From positions 3,596,001 to 3,660,000 of the forward strand of contig CM035358.1 in NCBI GenBank assembly GCA_020137815.1: a stretch of 64,000 bases of DNA, written 5' to 3'. Both the position numbers and the translations under genes were made by a program. The notes beneath the pieces were generated by a model. It worked only from the letters and a program-made list of their open reading frames with translations, had not been told where the DNA came from and made no database searches. Below, piece after piece: positions 46,111-58,217 of the stretch. This DNA comes from Hormiphora californensis (taxonomy: Eukaryota; Animalia; Ctenophora). Each line of letters opens with the position of its first letter. The first letter of the stretch is position 1.

Positions 46111-46406
46111 TCAGTAGTACAACATCTTTAAACGGGCTGTTGCTTCCGTTTAACGGACCTTTCAACTCTCTCTATCCCATTCAAAGTGGTAGGTACTTGG
46201 ACTTGGTCGTAAGGTGGAATGGGGGAGAGAAATTTAAACTTAAAAAGTTTAAAAAAAGATCACCATCAGCAATTTACGTAAGTAAATAATTTTCAATTTT
46301 ATCAAGTTGTTAACAATACTTACATCCATATTCGGTGATGGTTTTAGGATCCCTCAACACATAAACATCCTGTACACAGAATTAACATGAGATTACAGAG
46401 AGAGAA

Positions 46407-46530
<124 letters not shown>

Positions 46531-46713
46531 AGGCTAAACAAGGTAGTGCAGTGTACAGTAATTGGAAACCCAGTGAAATAAAATACAAACGACTCATAAA
46601 CACACATATGTAATCTTCTCAAAATTATCTCAACATTTGTGAACAAAAAAATGTTTTTATGATCCGTTTTTATGATGATAACAATAAGGAGGTCCGGGAA
46701 TATCAGGGTATTA

Positions 46714-49080
46714 TTATTCAGCCTTTTTCTTGGCAGGGAAAGTACTGTAGATCATGGAGGCTGATACAACTAGGAACAGTCCACCTCCAAACGTCCTGAA
46801 AGTGGAAGTTAAATTTGGAATTTGGAGTGGGTGATTGACAGGTTTAACCTCAGGTTTAACGTCACAAGTCTGTGGAAATAATATACCCGGTGGGAGAAAG
46901 TTGTCAATGTTTCTTACATGGTAAAAGATAGTTCCCCAAGGTAGAAGATACTGATAAGGGAGGATAGAATGATAGAGATAGATGTTGCAAACACTTTCAC
47001 GATGTTATCTGTGTATTTTACAACTAGACTGATAAGTAGCCCTCCGTAAGCCTGGGAAAATGTGAGGTTGATAAATAATGGTCTTACAGCCGGGCCCCGA
47101 TTTACTGGGATGCTCGGGGGAAGTGTTTTTCCCCTTAAAATAAGGTAAATCGGGGCCCGACTGTATTCGTACGCAGCACAAATCATGGCTATTTTTTAAT
47201 ATAACATTCTCTCAAACCTTCTAGAAACTTCATCGAAGACTAGAGAATAAAAACCGGCTATTTATAGAACTATTCTCTTCCTCTCGTTCTATAGAAGCTC
47301 GTTGTCTAGACTTGTTTATTATATACCTGAGACAGTATAACAGCAGCGATAGTACCATTAAAATCATGGAAGACCCCCTTTTCTGTTATGTGGTCTTGCT
47401 GAGTTAGAGCAATGTTACCCAATCCTACAATACAGCTGCACAACGCTGTAGGAGGGGGTTAATAATCAGGGGAAAGAGGAGAACAGGATTGATATATAAG
47501 GGAGAATTTTGGAACAATAAACTCTATGAAACCCTCCTCTGAAATCTCTCCCCTAGCTTAAGTAACAATCTCTCTTCTAGTTAAAGTATCAATCTCTCCC
47601 CTAGTTAAGGCCAGAGGGGGGGGGGTCGACGGGTTTTTTGGGGTGTTTTTTGAGGTATACGTTATATGAAAGCGCTGGGCAAGGCGGATCGATTAGAACT
47701 GATGCCGTCGATGTTGCGCGCACCGTTTGGCAAAAATTTGGGGGTTAACATTTGGCCTATAATGGATGTTAACCCCTATAAATCAGGATTGGTGGGGTCT
47801 AGAACATCCATCATTGTACCAAAGGCTTCGTCTTGTCTTGATACAACTTCCTGAAAAGTTTTATGTCGTTACTCCAACTACTTCTTGATTTTTTGGGGGT
47901 TTACAAAATATGCGGAAAAAGCCCTTTTTGCCTCTAATTTTGCTCTTTTTTGGGACATCCTGCCTCACTTCCTGAGATAACGGCTAGGACTCAGACCTTG
48001 CCGTTTGGCATAGTTGTTCTAGAGACCGTGTTCTTCAAATTTGATGTAGCGATTTTTGATTAAGGCCCCCGTTCAAAATTTATAGGGGTTTACATAAAAT
48101 TTTCATGGACAAAACAAATGTTAACCCCTATAATTTTTGAACGAGGGCCTTAATCAAAAATCGCTACATCAAATTTGAAGAACACGGTCTCTAGAACAAC
48201 TATGCCAAACGGCAAGGTCTGAGTCCTAGCCGTTATCTCAGGAAGTGAGGCAGGATGTCCCAAAAAAGAGCAAAATTAGAGGCAAAAAGGGCTTTTTCCG
48301 CATATTTTGTAAACCCCCAAAAAATCAAGAAGTAGTTGGAGTAACGACATAAAACTTTTCAGGAAGTTGTATCAAGACAAGACGAAGCCTTTGGTACAAT
48401 GATGGATGTTCTAGACCCCACCAATCCTGATTTATGGGGGTTAACATCCATTATAGGCCGAATGTTAACCCCAAATTTTTGCCAAACGGTGCGCGCAACA
48501 TCGACGGCATCAGTTCTAATCGATCCGCCTTGCCCAGCGCTTTCATATAACGTATACCTCAAAAAACACCCCAAAAAACCCGTCGACCCCCCCCCCTCTG
48601 GCCTTAAAGTAACAATCTCTCCCCTAGTTAAAGTAACAATCTCTCCCCTAGCTAAAGTAACAATCTCTCCCCTAGTTAAAGTAACAATCTCTCTCCCCTA
48701 GAGTCCCAATCTCACACCTAGTTAAAGTATTAATCTCTCCCCTAGCTAAAGTAACAATCTCTCTTCTAGTTAAAGTATCAATCTCTCCCCTAGTTAAAGT
48801 AACAATCTCTCTCCCCTAGTTAAAGTAACAATCTCTCCCCTAGTTAAAGTAACAATCTCTCCCCTAGTTAAAGTAACAATCTCTCTTCTAGTTAAAGTAA
48901 CAATCTCACACCTACCAAGTTGAACGTTTCTCAGCCACACAGACTTTCCAGATGATTTCAACATGAGTTCGAAGGATACCCCAGCAAATCCAGAGGTAAG
49001 AGAGGCACAGGCAATGGCACCCAGGCCGATCATAGAGGAGGAGGAGGAGGAATCAGCACTTTCTACAGAGTCCTTCCACT

Positions 49081-49153
<73 letters not shown>

Positions 49154-49212
49154 GAGAGAGAGAGGAGAGAGAGAGAAGGTGAGAGAGAGTGAGAGAGAGA
49201 GAGTGAGAGAGA

Positions 49213-49256
<44 letters not shown>

Positions 49257-50243
49257 GATAGAGAGAGAGAAGGAGATTTATATTTTAGAGATGGAGTGGC
49301 AGTAGGGGTGGCACACCTTGTGTGGCTCACACGACACGGCACACCGCTCAGTGAGGGTTACGTTTGGTAGGTCAAATCCTACGACAATTTTAGTTTGTGA
49401 ACCATGTGTAGTAGTACCTGGACAAGACCAACTCCAGCGGCTAAAAGACAAAGTGAGAACCACTGTGCTCCACTAATCCTCCTTCCCAATAGACCAACAG
49501 AGCAGAGAGCTGTGGTGAGGGTCTTTAACTGGTAGGTAATCTGATAGAGAGATAGTGGTGAGTAGGAGAAACAAGGGTCCATTGCTGGGTAAGGTCATGA
49601 TACCCAAAAGATATCTCACTTTTTGTAACTTCTTATTAAGTACTAGAAGGGAGAAATGCTTGCTTCCGCTACCAGACTAGCTGGCTAATAATAGCTAACC
49701 TCACCCCTATCCCCCCCCCCCCCATTAGTACCCCCCCCACACCCCAATCCCCCCATTAGTACCTGATAAGTTGTGGGATCAAGGTGTGCCAGAGCCAGGA
49801 ACAGGAGCTGATTCTGGACGATATAAAGGAAGGCTGGAACACCCACTTTTAGAGTTGTTACCGGGTCTTTAACAATGTCAGCTTTTAGTATTGATAACGT
49901 CCGTCCTATACCCTCACTGAAACAGAGAAAACTCACTTAGAAAATGTTGTTCAATGAAATACAATGCGAATGTATATTGAATGCGTATTGTAAATGAGGG
50001 ACCCTGTTAAATCAGGTTTGGTAAAGTAGGGACCAGGGTCCAGGGACAAACCAAAAAAGTGTATCCAATATCCCTCCCTTACCTGCAGACCATGATAACT
50101 AAGCAGGTGAGAAGTTTCAGTAGCTCCTGACAGAACACAACTACAGGTATGGACACATCGTATGCTCGGGACCTCCGTACCAAGAATACATTTGATACGG
50201 TCTGAATCACTAGCACGGATAAGCAGGCATACTTGATCAACAT
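46714..50243 (-). CDS. Nucleotide-sugar transporter, SLC35A2/A3-like (UDP-Gal/UDP-GlcNAc); 7 exons
   Basis: Approximate exons 50243-50083, 49917-49763, 49542-49419, 49078-48916, 47446-47328, 47051-46916, 46795-46714. Family motifs [68 protein letters not shown]. Confidence 0.92.
47087..47163. mobile_element. 77-bp MITE, Tc1/pogo-like
   Basis: TA|CAGCCGGGCCCCGATTTAC...GTAAATCGGGGCCCGACTG|TA; degenerate relative near 51390-51440. Confidence 0.75.
47609..48603. mobile_element. 995-bp foldback element, Kolobok-like termini
   Basis: Near-perfect inverted arms of about 480 bp; TTAA|GGCC...GGCC|TTAA. Purine-purine start with TTAA duplication fits Kolobok rather than piggyBac. Confidence 0.85.
48604..48912 (+). 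repeat. About 24-bp minisatellite (CTAGTTAAAGTAACAATCTCTCCC)n
   Basis: About 12 units right of the foldback and 2-3 more at 47545-47608; the array ends at the 48915 splice donor. Confidence 0.92.
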
Positions 50244-51144
50244 AGCTACAGCTGTGCAGGGATATATCAGAAGTATGAGAAATGGGAAATCAGTCTTTAG
50301 TGCAATGGGTCATATATGGCCTGTGGTCCTCAAAGGGTTAGAGGGTGTGTAATACACTGTGTATGTGTATTGTGTGACACTTCCCGTCATTTCTCCAACT
50401 TTGAGGGTTAAACACTTAACACATAAATTAAACCGCGTCGTTATTTGTAATTGTAAGAGAGAGAGAAACAGTGACACACCAAGTAGTAAAACAACACATC
50501 ACACAGTGTGTGATTGTGGGGGAGGACAGTGTGACATCTCATATAATTGGCAACATTTTGAGGGTACATTTATCAAGGTGGTCGCTCAACAACAAACAAG
50601 CTTAACTTGAGCCGCTCAGGCTTGAGCAGTGTGGTTTAGTCCAATATATGATAGTTAACTTTTCCTTCTAAATCTTCTACAAATTGTAATTCCATCACAT
50701 CTCGTGAACAGAAAATCATTTAAAACCTCTCAGAGTCCATTGTAAAAATAATTTAGGGCTGCTGCAGGGCTTGTGACGTAGATTTGTGACGTGGGGCCAA
50801 TTAGCCTGGGTGAGGTTAAAATTGGGGTGTGGTGACAGAGAACAAAGGTCCGATTACAGCAACTGCAAAATTACAAAAACATCTTGGGGGATTCTCCTCC
50901 AGTCTTCTGACTCTCTCCGTGTCATTATATCCTCAGCTATTTCTCCAGTCATATTAAAATCAGACCGAAAAAGGGAGGAAGACAAAAGCTCGCTGTGCAA
51001 AAAAGACACAAAAAACATTGTGGGTAACAAAAAACGAGAGAGAAAAACAGTTGTACTAAAAACAGTGATGTGTGCGGTAACCATGGTTACACGACTCGGT
51101 AACCATGGTTACACGACTCTGAATTGATGACGTCATCACGCGTC

Positions 51145-54100
51145 TCACACGGGACCGCCTTCATGGAGAGATTTTAGAGTTTTCTCAAATTGTCCTGCCC
51201 GTTTTAGCTCCAGAAACTTTTCGTAGAGTTGCAGGGAGGCTTGGGCTGCATGTTGGGGTCCGGGGATGAAGTCCGCGGTTAGGAGAGTCGGACAGAGGTA
51301 TTGGAGGGAGTGGGTAGCACCTAGAAGAGATAGAGTGTGGTCAACACATTGAAAGAAATTGTAATGGGTGTCTATAAACTACCAGCACCCTGATTTAAAA
51401 CCCCATTTCCTCAGGGCATCCCGGTAAATTGGGGTCTCACGCGACTGCAGTATCTATTAATTATTCACTGGTTTATGATATATCACAATAAAACATACCA
51501 AGGGGGCTCTTGAAAAGGTCGATGGTATCAATGCACTGTTGACTGGGTAGTTGAATGTTAACGAACTTCAGCTGTTTGGCAATGTTGTGTCCCACCAGGA
51601 TCACTCCCCTATCCACCAGGCACTTGATTTGGAAATAGAGGAGCTTGGTACTCTGGTGTCCCTCCTGGTTGGGGTGTTGACAGGTAAATAATTAATTAAA
51701 TAGGTTAAGAATTAACATCGAACATGAATCATGTCCATGTGAAACGGCAACATGTAAATATTTCACAAAACAAGTTTTTCAGCCAGAAAACAAACTAAAA
51801 ACACACAAACATAGTACATACCGTTCCAAATTGTGTTGGACAGATGCTATGACTGAATGGCACGCCCTCATTGGCACCCTGGCCTCGTACCATAACAACT
51901 CTAAGAAGGAAGGAGGGTCCCTGGTCCATACAGAGGCCAATACCCACCAGCTCTCCCTTCGAGAGGGACTCATTGGCAGTGAGAGGCATCATGTTCATAT
52001 CCATCTGAGGGGGATAGATGTTATCTAGGAGTCGAGCTGATAGTTAGGTTTTAGTTAGGTAAATTGGAGTATGATATTACAGATATATGGACTAAAGAGG
52101 AAGCGTGTACACCCTTTCTCCAGATCCGGGGAGGAAGGTACATCTAAACAAAGGGAAACAAGGAATTTTGCCAAACAAATGTTTCACCCGTAAGGGATCA
52201 TCAGAAAGGAAGGTACATCTAGAGAAAAGCTAAACAGAATGCTGGAATTCTTTCCAAACTTCTCTCTCCCTACCTGTCCACTCTCTTCTCTCCAATCTAA
52301 ATCAGTCAATACAATACAAGCATTCTCTCTAAATAAAGTATCCCTACCTGTCTGACGTTGAAGTTGGTGAACAGTTCCAGGGGGCTGATAGTGGTAGTAG
52401 CTAGGAGGTCCTTGGGTAGTTTCACTTGTTTGTATACCACCACGCAGGCAGTCTTCCAGGACTGACCAAAGTTAGTTGCCTCCTGTAAAACAAGGAGTTA
52501 AAGTAGAGTTAGCACTGGGTTGGTATGGAGGTTCGCTGAGCGTACTCCATGGTTTAGTAACAACAAAAACTGAATTGGAAACGAAATCTGATTCAAACAA
52601 CAAGTATGTCTACCCAGTCCACTAACGCCGATCAAGCAAAAGGTAATTATTAGCTAATTACCCGCTAATTACCCACTAATTACCACCTCATTATCACCTA
52701 ATTACCTTATTATGAGTGCTAGTGGCGCTGCACCCATTAAACAGATACCACTCTGTGTCTTCTGAACCGCCACGTAGTTGGTGGTACTTTCGATCAACAA
52801 GGGAGTGAAGCATTAGCCCCTGGGAAGCTAGAGGGGGAACAGAGAGATGTTAGTATATTTGGGGAAGCTGGGAGAGATTAGAGATGTCAAGATACTGTAC
52901 TTAGATTAGTTAAGAAATATTGAACCTGAGTGAACTACTTAATTTCAAAACTTCATACTTACTCCCGGAGTCTATGTGGGCTATTACAGAACACAGTTCA
53001 TACTCGAATACTCCCATGTAGGGTTGGGATCCCTCCTTTTTGTCGTACAGCCCCCTTCCAAACTTTAGTTCACCCGGCTTTGGGCCAGATGTTATGTGGA
53101 ACTGGGGAAAAGAGAGGTCAAAAATGATATGTGGAACTGGGGATGAAGAGATCAAATTTAGTAACGTTCTAACACTCCTTTACATTTGTAAAAGAGGGCG
53201 CGGTGAGAGAGTCAATCTCAGTTAAGAATCGTTGAAATATAACCGGTTATATTTCAACGATTCTTAACTGAGATTGACTCTCTCATAACCAGAATATACA
53301 ACTGTGGCTGCCCAGGACTGGGCACAACAACAAAATCTTACATTGAGGGGCAGCCAGGCATTACTCTCGTACCCGTGTACTAAAGTACAGTCGGGTATAC
53401 TACACGATGCCCCTGCAGGACACCTCTTACTCAGCTCCGTGTGGACCTTACACTGCTGTTGCCAAAACTCCGTGTTAGTTGGGTGTGAACCTGGAGAAAA
53501 CAGTGAGCTTGGGGTTGACGGTCGTCTCAAGTGAAGCAAGCTGAGAGCCTACACGAGAGATTCATCACAAATCAAGTATATTATGTGTGTAGTAGGTGGC
53601 AAGACTGGAACACGGGCGGTGTTTTCTAAAACTAAATTCAAGAAATGCAACACCCTCCTGCTTTAATCACTGTATGATTACTAACCAATCTGACCCCCAT
53701 TATTACCCCGACCCTCATGATTACCACCCAATTAACCCCCCCAATTACCCCACTATAATTACCACAATTGAGTTGCAGGATATACGGCAGGGATTCCAGG
53801 GTGCCACTCTCTTTGCACGATGTGAATTGTCTGCACCGGTTACACCACTGAGTTGATCCCTTCTCAGGCTGCATGACTTCCTTCAGCAACTGATTGAGAT
53901 AATTATATAGCAGGAACCGACCGACACAAGTAAACAACCAATCAGAACTCGTTATTTAGGTCACGTGACTGGTTATCAGCCAATCAGGGACCAGTATTTC
54001 CTGATTCGGTCGGTTCCTGTTATATGGTATGAATATCTTGGGCATGCATATGAATTGAACTAAAAATAGAATTGATAGAGATTTGCATTTTGCACTGCCA

Positions 54101-57100
54101 CTAGGTGCTGCAGCTTATATCTGAGGTCTTGCAACATTATCACAAATCATAAAGCTAGAGATTCTAAAGAATCATTTTGTGCAAGATACCCCTATCTGTA
54201 AATATAATATCGTATCGTACCTGTACAAAGGGTATTGGATCGGGTGAGGTCCTGTACTCCAGATTGTAAAAGAGGTTAATACTAGATTTGTTAGTTAGCA
54301 CTTGGGTACAACTGGAACACGTCGTTTTGTGGGCTACCTGTGTAATGACTGTTATCAGGAATTTTAATTTTGGAGATTAAAGGTGGGAATTACACCCGAG
54401 CCAGCATGTAAAATCATTGAGTAAATTTAATAAGTATGTTAACTAAGTTAAGTTATTCAAGATGTACCTACCTTGCTCCCAAATGCTGAACACACAGGAC
54501 TGGTATGTTGGGGTGGTTGGATCGCTGCCAGAACCTCATTATGCAGTTGTCGGAGGAGGGTGGTTAGGAAACTTTGGGCCAACTGAAGGTAGTCCCTCTT
54601 TTCCAATCTCTTGTCATGTAGCTTCCAGTTCTGATAGTTCGCCTCGTGTACCTTATCAAACGCCTAAAAAGTATTGATTGGTTTTATGAAGGAGCAGAAG
54701 AATACTCGCTCCTTCATAAAACTAAACATAAACTATTACAGCAACAAAAGAGCTCTCGTTACCTGAATGAAGCTATCCGCCATTGTGACTTTATCATCAG
54801 TAACATCAAGAGTATAAAAGAGCAGGCCAAGGGAGCACGCCATGCACACGGTATTTTGACAGATGTGAGATTTTAATGCCAGGGCTATCGGTTCGATGTA
54901 GTAAAGTAACTGAAGGACAGTGATGTTGAAATCTTGTTGAAATATCAAATCAATTTTCTCTAGAACTTTGCAATAACAATCCAAACATTCAGATTTTAGC
55001 TATGTCCTAGATAGTGATATTGTTTGAAGGACTAGGAACTTTGAAGTACATACCTGTAGTACAGGGCAGATGTAACCATTTCCCTTAGTATTGCAAAGGA
55101 CACTAAACTTAGTTCTATTTATATTGTGAAGCTCATTCTCCGTCAATGTAGTTAGGTCAACATCAACACACTGATACACCTGTAATTAACAACTAATTAA
55201 CAACTAATTAACAAATAATTAACAATTAATTACTCATTATCCAGAGCTATATAGAACAAAGTTTCTAAAGAGCATTATACATAGTAATTGTCCCATCAGT
55301 ATGAAATATGAACTCATCCTGTGTCCCTGTACAAAGGAACTGTTTGCTACTATAAAACAAGGATTAGCTTTGGAACAACAACTCATTCTGAGCCTAGCTG
55401 CAGGAACAGCCCCTATTACTACATACCCGGGGTATTTTACTGAAACCGTTATCCTTCCCCCGGGGATCATCTATTCTGGGTTGCAGTTTCAGTTCGTATG
55501 GTATCGTATTCTTGTACATGTTGTTAGGGTTAGGTGAGTACCCGCCCATGTACTTTACCTAGAGAATAAAACAAAAGTTTATTTATTCAGTTAATTAGCT
55601 AAACACCAATCGATTCGCTAATTTACCATTTTCATGTTCCTCAAGAGGTCAGCATCAATTGGTTTCACTCTCCTTCCGCCGGGTCTGTTAAATTCAGAGG
55701 GCCAGTCGCTTAGCAACGGTTCTGAGGTGTGTGGTACTGGAACTGTAGACAGCGGGAAACTGTAATCGTCAATCTGAGATTTGAACTAGTTTTAAAAATC
55801 TTCATTCTAAAAAAAAGTTTATCTGGGACAATGGATATATTATGATGAATTAGTGCATCATACAGATCCTTTTTTATTTCCACATAAATACCTACATTGA
55901 CTTTAGGGAAGTTGAGGATCTGTTCGGAGGGAAAGTAGGTTGGTTGGGAGTATTGGTTAAAGGATGTCGTCTCGTGGGATGCTAACAGGTGCACCATACC
56001 CGCTGTATCGCCTGGACAGAGAGAATAATGTCACATGTTGTATTGGTGTTACTTCTTACATAGTTGTATCTCTCATTCTACCAAACAGCACAAGGGAATC
56101 ATATCATTTCCAATATCAGTTCATTTTCTAGTACACACCGAAAGGGTAAATTTAGTGCCGTATATTGGGGTCCACAGTTTATTCAGGGGTTAGACTGTAC
56201 AAAATTGTACGTGAGGGAGAACGGGGAGAACACCTAGAAGCCAACTACACACACCACAGTAGAGAAGCTTGGGTATATGACTATAAATGGGCATAAAACT
56301 ACAATTCTCATACAACATCACAATTCACACAATTGAGACATTTACGTAATGGCGACATTACCTATCGCGAGGGCTTTTGATGAAGATGACAAATCGAAGT
56401 CATAACATGAGTAACCCCCTAAATCAACCTCAAAGTATTTAGTACTCTGGGGCGTGGAAGACGCTACCTCCACCTGTTGGAACTGTCCAGGCTGAGAGGC
56501 AATCAGGACCTACATTGGAAGAGGGGGATTAAGATAATTCTGGACGTTCCTCTCAACAAAAAGATTTTAAAATTGGGGAGAGAGTATAATAGCTGTTCAC
56601 CGATACACTTACCTGTTTTATAATGATAACACGCCCCTATTGTGCCCATGCCAGATCACAAGATAGTCGATATCAGGACACCTTTTTCGACTCTACTAAG
56701 AGATCACAAGAGAGAGAGACCTACCTGTGAGTGGTACATGGGCATGAATCGTAACTGGAGTGGATCGATTGAGCAGTGTACTGCAGTTAGACTCCGCATC
56801 ATTCTCAGATCGTACACTAACAATGCACGTGTAACACTCAACTCGTTTCCACGGGAAGCAAAACCACATGACACCTGAGAGGAAGAGATAGAGATTTAGT
56901 GAAACTGAACTTTTAGTTCGGCTGGATATATTGGGTTGAAAACATAATTTTTCGCTCTGAATCACTCTCTTACCAGAAGGTTGTCACAAATATCAAAATC
57001 TGAAATCGTCCCCGAGTGTGCTTGAATTGTGTTAGTCCTCTTGTAACTATTCTTATCATACAACAATATATCCCCATCTGGGCACCCGAGACACACCAAA

Positions 57101-57912
57101 CTTTGTGTTTCTCTGATTAGGACACACTCCGAACTACCCAGATCAATTTCAGTCGTTATGGCCTGTTTTCCGAGATCGTATTTAGTGACAATGTTAGTGT
57201 GGCCTCCAAGGTAGAGCTCCGTCCCCGTGGGATCTTTAGACATACAGCACATTCCGGTGAGGTTAGGCGAGGTAAAGGAGTGCTGGGGGACACCCTGGGG
57301 GAGGAAGATAGGTGAAGGGGTACTGGGGGACACCCTGAGGAGGAGTGGGGTTAAAGGTTTGTAAAACATAACCCTTCCGCAGCCTTCGGGATTCGATTCG
57401 CTATTTGGCAAGGGGCAAGTAAGGAACTACCAAGGTCAAAGGGCAAGTACATTATATATATAGGGTCCTAGCCGATAAATATAACATACCCCTCGAGTGT
57501 GAAGATTAAGCCGGTTTGAGGAGAGAGACAGAATACCAGCATCTATCGGGTGTAGTTCCCTCACTTCGCTATTAGCATAGAACTTGGTATACGGCTGCAA
57601 CCCACAGGAGTAGTAACTCGTTACACTGCCTTTCTGTCCTCCCACCCATATCAACTCCTGATATATGAAGTGTTTTTTAGTACACAATGTTGTTAACTTT
57701 TTTTACAGTGATGATGATTCTTTTAGGGAATCCGCCCTAGCCCCTAAGTCAATGATGATTCAACTAAGACCTTTTGAGTTTTTCAATTTAAAATCGAGGT
57801 AGTTGTGCAAATCTTCTTTATTGACCTGTTTACTGTCGAATGCAACAAAGCTAACACTTCCTTGAGTCTCGACAACCTCGGTGCGGCTGAATTCAAAGAG
57901 GCGATCCGTCAT
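51145..57912 (-). CDS. PAN2: PAN2 poly(A) nuclease subunit orthologue (WD40 - UCH-like - exonuclease-like), nuclease site degenerate
   Basis: Exons read include 57912-57826, 57657-57490, 57294-56974, about 54950-54762, 53490-53342, 53101-52963, 52482-52348, 52004-51822, 51664-51499, 51320-51145; further internal exons at 53.8-56.9 kb not fully resolved. Motifs ELIWVGG..GSVTSYY, AHSGTISDFD, VLQLLYYIEP..HIC...CMACSLGLLF, VRGQGANEGVPF, GVILVGH, SLQLYEKFLEL. Confidence 0.92.
53204..53285. repeat. Perfect 82-bp palindrome
   Basis: TGAGAGAGTCAATCTCAGTTAAGAATCGTTGAAATATAACC followed by its exact reverse complement, no spacer. Confidence 0.95.
53911..54019. mobile_element. 109-bp MITE, hAT-like (copy 2)
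   Basis: Same TIRs as 14081-14189; 8-bp flanks ttatatag/ttatatgg (7/8 match). Confidence 0.85.
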
Positions 57913-58217
57913 TTCATCATTGCCGCCTCTCCAATGTTAAATCGCCGTGTGTGTGACCCTTACTATACATTAGTAGGGAGTATTATAGAAGGAGATAGGG
58001 GGTCTAACAAGATGTAGGAAAACAATGATGGCAGTCAGAAATATGGTAAACTTTGAACAATTGTCCAGCAATTTCAGAGAGTCAAAGAAAAAAAGATTAA
58101 TACACATTCAATGGAATCATACACACGCACACGTACACACACAACATTCAAAATAATAAATTGTCTCAGAACACTTTTCAAAGTCTTAATGATAATCACA
58201 GAAATTCCCTCTTTTTC

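Noticed and set aside
52112-52143. Possible PAN2 micro-exon with a duplicated acceptor
   Set aside because: Flanking exons (52348 and 52004) already join in phase 0; the segment is part of a degenerate ~75-bp intronic repeat.
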